64,000 nt of DNA, taken from assembly GCA_008632985.1 (NCBI GenBank), contig QPGO01000142.1, positions 1 to 64,000 of the forward strand, given 5' to 3'. Of the stretch, positions 1 to 12,400 are shown one piece after another; positions within the stretch are counted from its first letter, which is position 1; every line of letters begins with the position of its first letter. A program made the position numbers and the translations under genes. This DNA is from Psammoneis japonica (lineage: Eukaryota). The notes under the pieces were generated by a model. That model made no database searches, was not told where the DNA came from, and saw nothing but the letters and a program-made list of their open reading frames with translations.

Positions 1-935
1 AAGGTTGCCTCTCCCTCGCGTACCGACGTGATTGCCACGCCGGTTCGTACATCCACACCTCTCGATTGCAAATGTTCCTTGGCGACATTTGCCAGCGACT
101 CGTCAAAGGGCGCCAAAATGCGCGGCATGGCTTCGACTAGCACAATGCGGATGCGATCCGACAAGTCTTGACCATATCGCATGGCAACATCGTGATGGGC
201 AAAGTCGGCAAGCTCAGCAGAAAGCTCCACACCCGTCGGACCGCCTCCCACGACGACCACTTTTAAGAGTCGATCAATTTCTTGTTCGTACTCTTCCCCC
301 TTGCCGCCATGACGCATCAAAGCTGCGGCGCGTTCCAGATTGGACAAAAGCTTGGCATGAAGCTTGGCGGAATCTTCCGCTTCCTTGAGAAACAGTGCAT
401 GCTCCTGGACACCGGGAATGCCAAACGTGTTGGGTTGTGCCCCAACCGCAATCACGAGCTTGTCATACGACAATTCCAACTCCATACTGCCCTCACCCGT
501 GGTGGCACGGACCTTTTTGTTATGCACATCCACCTCACGGGCATCGGCTCGCACAAATGTGGCACTCGTTGCCTTGCCGGTGGCCGACTCGATGAGTTGA
601 CGAATGGGTTCACAGGCCGATCGGAGTGTAATGGTACCCACCGCTGATCCGGCAAGAAGCGGAGTGTAGAGAAAATGTGGTCTTGGACTGACAACGACGA
701 CATCCTTGCCCGGACCGGCGCATTTGCGAAAGGCATTGAGTCCAGCCCAGCCACTTCCGAGAATGACAATCTTTTCGGCCGGCTTGTCTTCTTGTGCAGA
801 AGAGCGTTGAAACGCGTTCATGTGTGTATAATCATCCCAATCGTCATTGACTGTAGTGATGGTTGCCCACGCGCCGACACCCACCGTGGCGAGAGCTGGT
901 GCTGCACGACGGGTCGCGAATTTTACAAATCCCAT
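1..935 (-). CDS. Type II (alternative) NAD(P)H:quinone oxidoreductase NDH-2; 3' end runs off the window
   Basis: Manual translation from ATG at 935: KIVILGSGWAG...VVVSPRPHFLYTPLL...YDKLVIAVGAQPNTFGIPGV...VVVVGGGPTGVELSAEL, i.e. both Rossmann motifs of NDH-2. Absent from the ORF track because it has no stop in the window. Confidence 0.92.
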   Translation of the reverse strand, partial: MGFVKFATRRAAPALATVGVGAWATITTVNDDWDDYTHMNAFQRSSAQEDKPAEKIVILGSGWAGLNAFRKCAGPGKDVVVVSPRPHFLYTPLLAGSAVGTITLRSACEPIRQLIESATGKATSATFVRADAREVDVHNKKVRATTGEGSMELELSYDKLVIAVGAQPNTFGIPGVQEHALFLKEAEDSAKLHAKLLSNLERAAALMRHGGKGEEYEQEIDRLLKVVVVGGGPTGVELSAELADFAHHDVAMRYGQDLSDRIRIVLVEAMPRILAPFDESLANVAKEHLQSRGVDVRTGVAITSVREGEAT

Positions 936-1444
936 TGCTTATACTGAATTGTGTACTGAAATTGCGTTGACTTGAGTGTTCGTAATTGCGTTGTTGTCAG
1001 TAGACGACTCTTGCTTTTGTGAGAAATTGTGAGCAGGAACAAAAACTATCATGGACACAGCCACGTCATGCGGACGTGGAGATGATGACGTGTGCATGAT
1101 GGTAAGTACAGTACATACGTACGCGAACGCAGACACTGTATCGGAAGAGTTTGCCGACCGGGTCACCGAAATAGTTTTTTTCAGCCACACGCACATTAGG
1201 GGATATTTACAATAATTGTTAATGAATAAGTTTTAATATATTTAGGTTTTCAATCATTTTACTTTCTTTCAACTCGCATAAATTTCAATTCAATTCAAAA
1301 TGGGTGCGCGCCATTTCATTTTTTGCGAACATCACGCGCCGCCTCACGCCTCTCATCAACATCACAACAACCGCAAACAAAAACAACAAACAACGGCTTA
1401 TTCTTGCAAGCAACGCAAGTAACAGATTTAGCAGAGCAGCAACC

Positions 1445-3984
1445 ATGGACTTTGACGAATCCCGCATCTTTTACTCTCATCAGTCGCTCCAACAGGTACC
1501 GAACAATCAGGACAATGAAAACGATAGTACAACTCCCCCTCCAACCGACGAGTCGGCTGTTGACGGCAATGCCGTACAACGTCACTTTCGCGAATTTCTC
1601 CGCAACTACCGTCAGGGCCCCAACCGTTACTTGTATCGTGACGCTCTCTTGAAAATGCATCGCACCTCTCAAACCAAACTCAAGGTGGATTTGGCGCACG
1701 TCGGGGAATACGATGCGGCCATGCTGGGGTTTTTGCTGTCGCAGCCCGATGCGGTATTGCCGCAGTGTCAAGCCGCAGCTGTGGATGCGTTAAAGACACT
1801 ACTGTATGATTCGAAAGTACTACAAGGCAACGAAGAAGACCCTCAAGACGACACGATAAATCAAGAGCAGCAGCAAGACGCTACAACGATTTCCAATATT
1901 CAAATTCTGCTCAAGGGCAACTTGACGCTGACGCCACTCCGTTCGATTCAATCGTCACACATGAATCGTTTGATTGCTTGCCGGGGAATCATTATATCCA
2001 CAAGTCCCGTTCGTTCCCGAGCGTCTGTTCTCAAAATCCGATGCTCCCGTTGTCTCGATACACAGACGGTTGTTTCGGATGCGGGTCCCTTTGGATCCGT
2101 GGCGCTCCCCTCGCGGTGTCGTGGTGCCGATGCGGCCGAGTGTCCGCGCAATCCCTACGCCGTCGTGGCGGACGAATCGACATTTGTCGATCGACAATCT
2201 CTGAAATTACAAGAAGCACCCGAACAAGTACCGACGGGTGAAATGCCACGGAGTGTCTTGCTGGCGTGTGAAGGCAGTCTGGTGGATCAAGCTCCGCCGG
2301 GAACTCGAGTTAAAGTCTTGTGTGTGCCGACGCTATTCACCTCCAAGTCGACTTCGTCGAGTTCGGTCCGATCCATTTATCTCCGCGTTGTGGGATTGTC
2401 ACGTGATACAGCTCCCGGCGAGACGGCCACCTTTTCCGTCAAGGAACAAGAAGCCTTTACGCTTTTAAGTCGTCACGAGCGTGTCTACGACTTGCTGGCC
2501 AACAGCATGGCTCCGTCCATCTCGGGAAGTTATACCGTTGACATTAAAAAGGCACTCGTCTGCATGCTCATGGGCGGCTCTCGCAAGAAGCTACCCGACG
2601 GCGTCAAGCTCCGCGGTGACATTAACGTGTTGCTCATGGGCGATCCGTCCACGGCCAAGTCACAATTTCTCAAATTCACTTCCAGCGTTGCTCCCGTTGG
2701 CATTTACACTTCGGGCAAGGGCTCGAGTGCCGCCGGATTGACCGCGTCGGTCGTTAAGGATGCCCGCGGCGAATTTTATCTGGAAGGCGGTGCCATGGTG
2801 TTGGCCGACGGCGGCGTTGTGGCCATTGACGAATTTGATAAAATGCGTCCCGCCGACCGTGTCGCCATTCACGAAGCCATGGAACAGCAAACCATTTCCG
2901 TAGCCAAGGCGGGAATTACGACCGTCCTCAATTCGAGATCGTCCGTCTTGGCCGCGGCCAATCCCGTGTTTGGGCGGTACGATGAATTAAAGAGCGCATC
3001 GGAGAATATCGATTTAATGACTACGATTTTGTCAAGGTTTGATTTGATTTTTCTGGTGCGCGATGTGCGGGAAGAAGAACGGGATCGATCCATTTGTCGG
3101 CATGTCATGGGAGTGCACATGTCGTCGTCATCCGGCAATAGTAGTGATGTTGCTACTGGAATGCAAGAGTCTTCTTCTAGGTACGAGCAAGCGAGGGATT
3201 GATTCGAGTGTGTTTGTCGTCTGTGTTCTCACCTCTGTTTGTTTTCCATCGCAGCCATGAAGCGACCAATGCCGCTGCAAATTCGGCAGACGCCATTGCC
3301 GAAAACGTGTCGAGGGTAGCCTCCACGGGACAAGGCGAGCTGACAGTGCCAGCCATGAAAAAGTACATTCAGTATTGCAAAACAAACTGCTCTCCACGCC
3401 TGTCGGAAGAAGCGGGCAATGTCTTGGCGAGTTCCTATGTGAAAATTCGGGACGATGTTCGAAAGCGTGCCATGGCTGTGAGTGTATTGTTCATACTGTT
3501 TGGTGTTGCCGATGCGTCTGCTTGTTCTGTTTCACTCAACATTGGTTATCTTTATTTTTAAATACAGAACGCGGAAAAGAACGGCGACACACAGGCGGTC
3601 ATCCCCATTACGGTTCGACAATTGGAAGCTCTTGTACGTCTCTCGGAAAGTCTCGCCAAGATGCGGCTGGATTCTCAAGTTCGCTCCAACGACGTCACGG
3701 AAGCCTTGCGCTTGTTTCGTGTCTCCACCATGGAGGCCAACGCCACTGACAATAACAACCACATGCCATCAGCTGTGGCTGCACATGTCGATATGGACCG
3801 GGCCGAGGCCTTTTTGAGATCACGATTGATGATTGGTGCCACGCTCAACAAGCAGAGGCTTGTAGAAGAGGCGGCGGCACAAGGGTACAATGCCATGTTG
3901 GTGACCCGTGCCATTGCCGTCATGGCCATGAGGGGAGAAGTGCAAGAACGGAATCAGAGCCGTCTTTTGAAAAGAATCAAGTAG
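1445..3984 (+). CDS. MCM5: DNA replication licensing factor MCM5; exons ~1445-3180, 3255-3477, 3568-3984
   Basis: MCM box with GDPSTAKSQ (typical of MCM5), IDEFDKM, SRFD, PITVRQLEA; Zn finger; GT..AG introns 3181-3254 and 3478-3567. Confidence 0.93.
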
Positions 3985-4163
3985 TAATTGTAGCAATTGT
4001 GTAGCTGTAATTGTGATATTGTCGAGGTTCCCAAATAGTATGTGTGATTCATTCATAATAATTTACGAAAAGTTCTAAAATGGATGCTTTTAGCAAGCAT
4101 ACTGCTAGGTTGCCGATAGAAGAACAGCCTTCTGATTACCATACCCCAACTCCACCGGCAACC

Positions 4164-5881
4164 TTAGATCATACGTCCATCACAAATTCCCAATCCTGTG
4201 ACACTGCCATCAGCCACATTTTGTCTGATCTTAACTTCACCTCGGTCCAAAGGGCACGTCGCACAGTGAAGTGAGCCAGCAAAGTCACGGGCATACGGAA
4301 ATGGAACTTTAAGCACTTCAAAATCGTGACTTTCGAGAATCTCTGCTAGACGTGTTTGTTTGGCTTCCACCAACACAGTTTGTGGCGTAAGCTGCAACAA
4401 ATTCATGGCGATAGAGTTGGACGCTGCGTTGTTTAGCCTCATCTCAACCGGGACCATATCCTCCGCAGAGATGCCAATAAACGATCCGGGTCCGTAGCCA
4501 TATGGTCCAAATAACTGTTCCATTTGGCCCTCCGTGACGTGCTTCTTATTATAGATCATTTTTGTACTTGAGAGCGGAAGGATCGTAGTGTCAATGTGGC
4601 TGGAATAGTACACTCCTTCAAGAACCAAAACTGTCATGCCCATTGGCTCAAGATGGGTCCGCAGAAGCTCAGCTCCGGCGCGGTTCCCACTAATGCTTAC
4701 CAGATAGACTGCAATCTGCTCATTCAACACAAAGATGTTCGCAGCATCAAACAGAGGAATTGTCTCAGTCAGTGGTATATCGGTCGGCTCTTCCCCCGGA
4801 TGACGAAGAAATGTACTTTCCGAGTATGCTTTCCAGTATGAGCGGGATCGTAGATCAATCACCTTACCACCCTGCATTCTGAAGTAATCAATAACATCCA
4901 CGTATACTTCATCCACTTCATGAGAACGCGACCGGTAGGGAGTAGGGCTGAGAAATAAAGTATCACCGATTGTGATCATTAGATCACGGGCTGAATGACC
5001 CTTGTACCCTGTCTCCGCGTCTTGGTCCTCAAGTCCTTGTAAGTCGGATCTCAAAACCTCGACTCCACGTGATTCGAGCACCTGCACCAGCTTCTCCATG
5101 CCATCATTCATTGCATCAATTACATCTTGCGGGTACTCTTTGCCAACAAAGGACATGCCTTCACCAGATAAACACTTTGCGAGATTTGGGTGCGCGATGA
5201 CACCTGTCTCAAGAAACGCATCCTCATCATCCAATAAGAGCTCCATGCTTTGAACCGGCAATCGAAAATGATCAGCACGACCCACAACCACAGATCGAAG
5301 ACTGTCAAAATCGGAGTGAACCGATGGCCCCTTGACACTTCGTAGATGCTGCTGCCTTAAAGACTTGGTGGAAGGCTGCAATCCAACAGCACTGCATTGG
5401 TTTTTGAGAAGGAGCGAGTTCCACGGAAGCCATGGTTCCTCCTGAGAAAGGGCGACATGCGGATTTAGGTCCTCCAGAGCCTTGTCCCAGAGAAACGCAG
5501 TGTCGTTGCCATGAATGTCATTGATTGCGTCACGGAACTCGCTTCTCTCTTTCGTGTCTACCATGGTGAAGTCGAACATGTCATCGAGAGAATCCAATTC
5601 CCACTCCTCGTAGATGTGTTCAACCAACTTATCATCGAGTTCTAGGCCTTTCCATTCCAGCCATTCCTCAAGGTCCTCCTCCTGTTCCGGCCACAAAAAT
5701 AACAGCAAATCGAAACTCATGAGTGTCCGTGTGTCAACATCGAATTTGCGGCACGGAAGTGACACAACTAACTTACGGTGTCACAAGGCCAGAGCCAAGG
5801 CTGGTCATAGCTAGCATGACTCGGCCACATTAGCAGTGCTGTCGCCCACAGTACAAGTTCACAAAAGCTCGTCATCGTCAT
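4164..5881 (-). CDS. Amidinotransferase-family (pentein) protein with predicted signal peptide; exon 1 5881-5777, intron 5776-5682, exon 2 5681-4164
   Basis: Motifs LRSVVVGR, ARD, DAAN, HIDTT, GSLHCAT. In-frame phase-0 GTAAGT...CAG intron joins an upstream exon MTMTSFCELVLWATALLMWPSHASYDQPWLWPCDT. Confidence 0.8.
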
Positions 5882-6414
5882 GCCACTCCGATGCCAGGCA
5901 TGGATTCGGAGATTTTGTGAAAGTTCAGGGTAAGTGCACTTTTTTTTCTACTCTAAAGTACGTACAGCAAACACCACTGTACTGTGTACAGTATCAATTT
6001 TGAGGGCAATTTTCACACGTTCTTGTCCATACAGTATGTACAGTGGGGCCCTTCGTACCAAGCAAATAGTCTAATCTACTGATCGACGAGAGAAGTTACA
6101 AGACTCAACGCACGGCATGCGAACACCGAAATTTTAGACCCACCTAAGTGCACGAAATGCAACTTTTTAAAGAACTCCATCTATGAAGACGACAGCGCGT
6201 GCATTTCGAACTTTCATGTGTTTATGATAGATCTCATTGAACTTTTATGCATCATCAGAAAAAAATTCTCCGCTCTTTCAAATCCGGATAGTTGTGGGTT
6301 TTGGCGCGCGCACCAAAATGTCCGACGAGGCGGGGCTAATGTCTACGACTGTGTCACAGGAGGGTCGCGATTTATACATACCGCAGCAGGGCCCTCCACG
6401 TCACAAACGTAGAA

Positions 6415-9400
6415 TTGGCGCCACATCCTGCCTCCACTGGCTCCACATCGCATCGGCACGACACATCAGATGCACCATGGCGCCACCGAAGAAGCCTCCG
6501 AAGACGGAGGAATGTGCTCCATCATGTTTGTTGACCATGGCATCTTCATTCGTGAAGGTCAGCACAGCAAGGAGAAACTGGTTGAAATTTTCAAAAGCAA
6601 AAAGAGTTCAATGAGCGGCATTGGAGAAACAGAGGAGAGCCATGAGCAAGTCAATGGATCCATGGACTGCAGCGATGAAGCTGCTCAGGATCCATTTGTG
6701 CATCAACATAATGAGGGTTGGTGCAGTGTCATTCATTTGGACCTCCATTTGCAGTGGCACAGTCATTTGTTTGCACAGCTGCACTGCAGGTGGAGACGGC
6801 CGCTGACCACTGGTCACGCGCTGTCAAAATGCTGTTTTTGTGGAGCATGTGCCTCGCATCCATCATTTGAGCCTCTCAGCACATGGGCCTTAATTCATGC
6901 CTGGCCTCAAACTGCTTTCTGCTCTTTGTGAAAGATTGTGTTGTGCTGATGTGAAAACAATTTTGTGCGCAATTCTGAAATTTGAGTCAATCACAATTTT
7001 CGGCGCGCGAACAAAAAATGCATCTGCGGAGCTGTGGATGACAGGAGGTGCTCACAAGAAGACCCGGGGGTGCAAGACATGTGTTCTGGGACAAATGCAC
7101 ACAGATTTTGATGATTGTGCATCACACATCAAACATCATCCAACCATGGCACCGCCTCTGAGACCCCCCAAGACGGAGGAGCAGGCCAAGAGCCAGGGTC
7201 TGGTGCTTTTTGCTGACTTCTTTAGCACCAAAAGGAAAAAACATCAGCCCAAAAAGAAAGCCACAACAACTGGTGATTTCAAAAAGCTTGCACCAAAGGT
7301 TGTCAAACCCAAGGCAAAGCACAAAGCAGCGCCAAGGTCGTTGTCTGTGAAGCCGTCCAAGAAGCAGAACACCATCACTCAAGTGAACTGGTCAGTGGAA
7401 CCAAATCTGAGTGAAATGAAGCAAGCATCATCAGAGGGTCACTCAGCAAATCTCCAGCCAATGTTCTTGTGACACTCAAATGGCAAAGATCTTGTGCCCA
7501 GAGGATTCAAGAAATGTGGCAGCAAAGAATTGTGTGACAGACAAGTCCATCACCCAAAAAAACCTTTGTGCCATTCTGTTCATTGACCACAAAGTGTTTT
7601 CCAAAGAAAGCAAGTGCAAGAAGGATGTTTTGGTGCAAAAGTGTTGAAGCACAACACAAGTTGATCAGATGGCATGAGCGACAGATCTGACGCTGCCACC
7701 CAACCAGCAGAAGATCCTGCCAAATCTTTGCAAGAGCCAAGCCAGCAAGGGCATCATCTGGTGCTCCTTTACAAAGAAGATCAAGAGGTGCAAAATGGTG
7801 CAGTCAAGTGGTGGTGCAAAACAGTTCAGTCCAGTTTTTGCATTGATGCAAAGTCAATTCAATCAGCTTCAGTTGCAGCAGTCGGCACACAATCATGTGT
7901 CATGATGCCTTGCATCACTTGGGTCATGACAATTGTTGGGAGCTTCAACCTTGCAGGCTTGATGTGAGCTTGACAGCCTCCAGGTCTTGATTTGCACTGG
8001 GCCCAACTTTGGGATGTGGGCTCCACTCCAAGGGACTCCATGTCTGCTTCAGAGTTCAAGAGGCTTCCACCATCTGTGCTGAATTTTTTGCACAGGCATT
8101 TGTGTCAGAGACATGTTGAAAGATTTGTTGAAAGCTGTGAAATCTTGGCTGTAGAAACTTCAAGCATTTTGACAAAAACTCAATTGGTCACAAGGACTCA
8201 ATTTGGTTTTTCACTGGCACTTGGCAAACGTTCAATGCCAAATGTTGGCAAACATTTTTTAGAGATGTCACAATGTTCAAGAGAGCCGTGTCATGCCATT
8301 CCATAAAAATGTGCCACTCCTGAGGAAACAGTCAAGTGGATCACTGCATCCAAAGCCAGCACAACTTGGTTTTTCTCCCCCCCCCCCCCCAACCCAGTGT
8401 CTCAATGGTGCCAATGGCCAAAGCCTGCCACCACATCTTTGTCAACCAACCTTGTTCTCCTTGTCTGCTCTCTTGTTTTTGTGCAAAGCCCAAGAAATAG
8501 AAGCTGGAAAGTTTGTTGGGGGGGGGGGACATGGGGGCAAGAAAAAGAAGCCAAAGTGAAAGGCATGCACACAAGCAGCTTGTCGCACAAGAGTCGGGTG
8601 TCATGATGAGTGACTCGTGCATGACAAATCACAACCCCAGGCAGCTGCACATGAGGACACAACTGTCAATGCCATCTCTGTCATGGTTGTGGGCTCTGAT
8701 GACATGTCCAACACTCTGCTGTGACAGCACCAGCACTCAAAAAAAAAAGTGGACAAAGAGCTCAAAGCATCAAGATCTTGGCACAACAAATTTGTGATGC
8801 AGGCATGAATTGCCACCCTCTTTGCCAAACCAACATTCTCATCTGTCTGCCCAAAAAGAAGTGGAGCAGAGCAGACACAGTGCCATCAGCCAAGTGAGCA
8901 GCCAAGTCAATGACAGCAGATTCAACAAAGGTGTGGGGCAAAGGGACAGCTGAATCAGAGAGAAGGCACCAGTTGACAAAAAACCACAAAAAATGCAATG
9001 TCAAATGTGACTGGATGCTGCAAACAAAGTGAAGCAACATTGCAGTGGAAATGAGCACTCTTCCCAGAGAGGCACCAAGTTGCAACTGCCCTCATGGAGG
9101 AAAGCCCCTTGGGACATGCAACACAACAAATTTGCTCAACATGCATTGCAAGCTGAGAACAGAAAAGAGAGGGTCACCTGCACTGTTTGGAGGGCATTCT
9201 GGCAACTGGAGTTGTTGACATCAAACACAAAGAAGAAGAAGTTGCAAGCACAACATAAAAAAGACACTCCCTGAGCAAAGGAAAGCTGGAACAGGTTGCT
9301 TGGCTTTTGGCACAATTTGGCATCAGTGAGAAAGCAGATTTTGCAAAAGTCCTTTTTGGTGTTACAAGGCAACATGCCAGACAATTTCAACCCAGAAAAG

Positions 9401-12400
9401 CTTGGTTCAAAGAAGCCAGAAACCACTCAGATTGAGTGGTGTGGGGTCAGATGTGCAAGAAGCTTGTGACAGGAAAGATGGGGGCCAAGAAAGATGGCAG
9501 TCAAGAAAGAGAGTGTCATTTGAAACAAGACCCAGCAACCAGCAAGTTGGGCCCAAATGGTGTGCTGGCAGATGATGACAGCAGCAAAGCATGTTGCTGG
9601 GTGTTGCAAAAACTGCCAGAAAAATGTGTGTGAAGATGCTCTGCTGCAATTGAAGGTGAATGTCCAGAGCTGTTGGAGACAATTGGGGCACTTCATTTTG
9701 TCCAGCAAAAATTGCAAACAGAGGAAATTGATTGAGAGGTTGCAACAGTCAAAGGCTTCTCTGGCAACATTCAATCTTCACCTCAGATGGAAAATGAGAG
9801 ACAACATCTTGATCTTTGGAGGCATGAGTGCATTGCAAAGCTGAAGAGACTTGGAGGTGAGACTGCCAAAAAATTCCAAGACAGTGGCAAGGAGGACTTG
9901 GTTGCACACCAGATGATGCCTGGGCATTTGGAAGGCAGCATTTGGTTGAGCAAATCAAACAACAAACTGTGTCTGCAGAAGAAGATGAAAAAACATTGAC
10001 ACAAACAACTCAAAATTAAAGAAATGTTGCTGCAATGTTTTCTTGCCACAAATGAAAACTCTGTTCACTTGGGCATCAATTGTGGTCATCAGCTGCATCT
10101 TTTGACAGGAAAATGATCACTTGCATGGCCCACTGCCCAAAAATTGATCTCCGGCAGAGAAGATGCAGAAGACTCACCCAATTTTCAGACAATGAGAGTT
10201 GACTCATTCAACTCAGTGTGACATTCTGTTCTAGAAACAATTGTGTGCGAACCTTTTGCCAGCAGTGAGAAAATGGTTAGAAGCAGCCACAGCCAGACAA
10301 ACAGGGGTTTGACCACTGCACATGCAGCAAAATTTGTGACAAGCACAAAACCAAAAAACCAAATCTTTGTTTGCCATGCAACCTCAATCTGAAGGTCAGC
10401 CTGCATGTCTGACAGTGTAAAGTGAAGGTTTGGCCACATGTGACATTGTGTGAAGAGATCAGCTTCAGTTGCAATTTTTGTTTTGTGACATCAAAACAAC
10501 AAGAGGTTGATTGTTCTTCTCTCTTTTGTAGGATCCACATGTCACATTGTGTTGAGATGTTGGCTTTGGTCACACTGTTTTGTGATCATGACAACAGCAG
10601 GTCAAGTGTTCTTCACTCTTTTCTGGGATCTCATTTCATCCACTGGACTGGCAAAATTCATTTGCTCCACCACAGCTGAGACTTGTTGTGATGATGACAT
10701 GGACAAGAAAAAGGCCTGACCAAGCTGTGTCAAGAGAGTGTGGGCATGAGGTTACAGGAAATTGGTTGCAGAAATGTGGCCAAACACTGAAAATGCAGCC
10801 ACAACATGGACTTTTATGATCTTGGGCACATGCACCTCTGTGGCATGCAAGTGTTGTTCTCCATGTGGAAGTGGTGCTGAGGTGGCATGACACATCAAAG
10901 ACAATGTGCAAAAATGGAGCAGAACTTTGGACAATGTGGCACAGGAGGGTCTGATCAGCCCCCATTTTGCTGGTTGGTTCAGAAGTCCTTTTGTGCAGGG
11001 TCTCATCCCAAATGGAAAGAGTGCCATTTGATGAGCACCAACAACTGCCTCTCATTTGGCATGTCTCTGAGCTCCATGTGCCTTTAAGAAGTGTCAACAG
11101 ATCATGGCTGCAGCAAACAAAGGAGCTGTCACAAGTGAACTCACAAGTGTCATCACTCTGAAGAAATTCTTGCTTGCAATGTGCAAACAGCCTCATGTCA
11201 CCATGAGTTGACTCACACACTGTTGAAAGCTCCTTGCAATCTGCAGAGCAAACAATTGCCTTTGTCATGCCACCAGTTTCATCCTTGTGCATTCCAACAA
11301 CTTGGGCAGGATGCATGTCAGTGGAATCATCATCCATGCCAAAGTTGGCTTCCACCCAATCATGCCAGGTCACTTGCAGCAGGACAAACAGATGTTGCGG
11401 AGGAAAAAACAAAGGATGTTTGAAATTTTGGATGTCCAATCATTCAGTGATGAACAAGTGAACATTTTTAAAGTTGGGTGAGTTTCTTTGAGTTGCACTC
11501 ATCAAACCAAGAAAATGAACAACATCAATGACCCTCTAAATTTCAGATCAAAAACAACTTTGATGTGTGGCACATGCAGAGTGCAAGACCAGCAATTTGG
11601 ACAGTGATTTGATGTCAGACTGCAATGTGGAGATCAACAAAGACAGAATCCCTTGGCAGGGAGAACTTGTGTGAAACAATCATGCCAAAACTCACCATTG
11701 AAGAGCAAGAGGAAACAGACAACAGATCAAGCACACTCACATTGTTGCAAGAGGACCCCATGAACCAACAGAACAAGGAATGGTCCAGCAGATGGCAAAC
11801 AGGTTCAAGGAGGCAAGGAAAAAGTCCCACAAGAGTCGTGACAAAAACATCAAGAAGATGCAAACACAGAGCAAGAGACACAGGAGCACATTGCTGCTTT
11901 GACAAAAGAATGAGGCAAACACTGCTTCTCCCACCATGGGACTTGGTTGTTTGTACATCAACAGCTGTGCAGTTGATCAAGTTGAGAGCGTTGTCACAAC
12001 AATGAGATGACAGTGCTCAATGCCACAGTTGTGTTGGATTTGTTGTCACTGTTGACCACCATGCTGCACTCAGATGTGCCAACAAGCAGTGTGTTTTGCT
12101 GACTTTTGCAGCACTCTTGCAACCTCAGCACACAAGTCTGCAATGATTCAGTTTGTTTCCACTGTGGATGGCACAACTGCATCTGATGAATGTGTGCATG
12201 TCATTGCATGATGGTCTTCAACTCACAACAGCAGGTGCAGAAAATGGAATTTGGCCAAGATGGTGACTTCATCAAATCTGTCAAACTTTTTTAAATGTCA
12301 AACTGGTCTTTGTCATCACTCATGCATCACAACTCATTGCTTTGGAAGCCTCATGCTTTGTGCCTTTTCAACCAACTATCTTGTGAATTCTTTTTGGGGC

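Noticed and set aside
1195..1300. AT-rich patch as centromere or origin
   Set aside because: Only ~100 bp, between divergent genes; adequately explained as a promoter region.
8377..8528. Poly-C and poly-G tracts as terminal inverted repeats
   Set aside because: Complementarity barely extends beyond the homopolymers and no TSD is visible.
10636..11439. Plavaka/DDE transposase C-terminus (WHDWV...HPAQV)
   Set aside because: Resemblance is too weak to call without an HMM search on back-mutated sequence.
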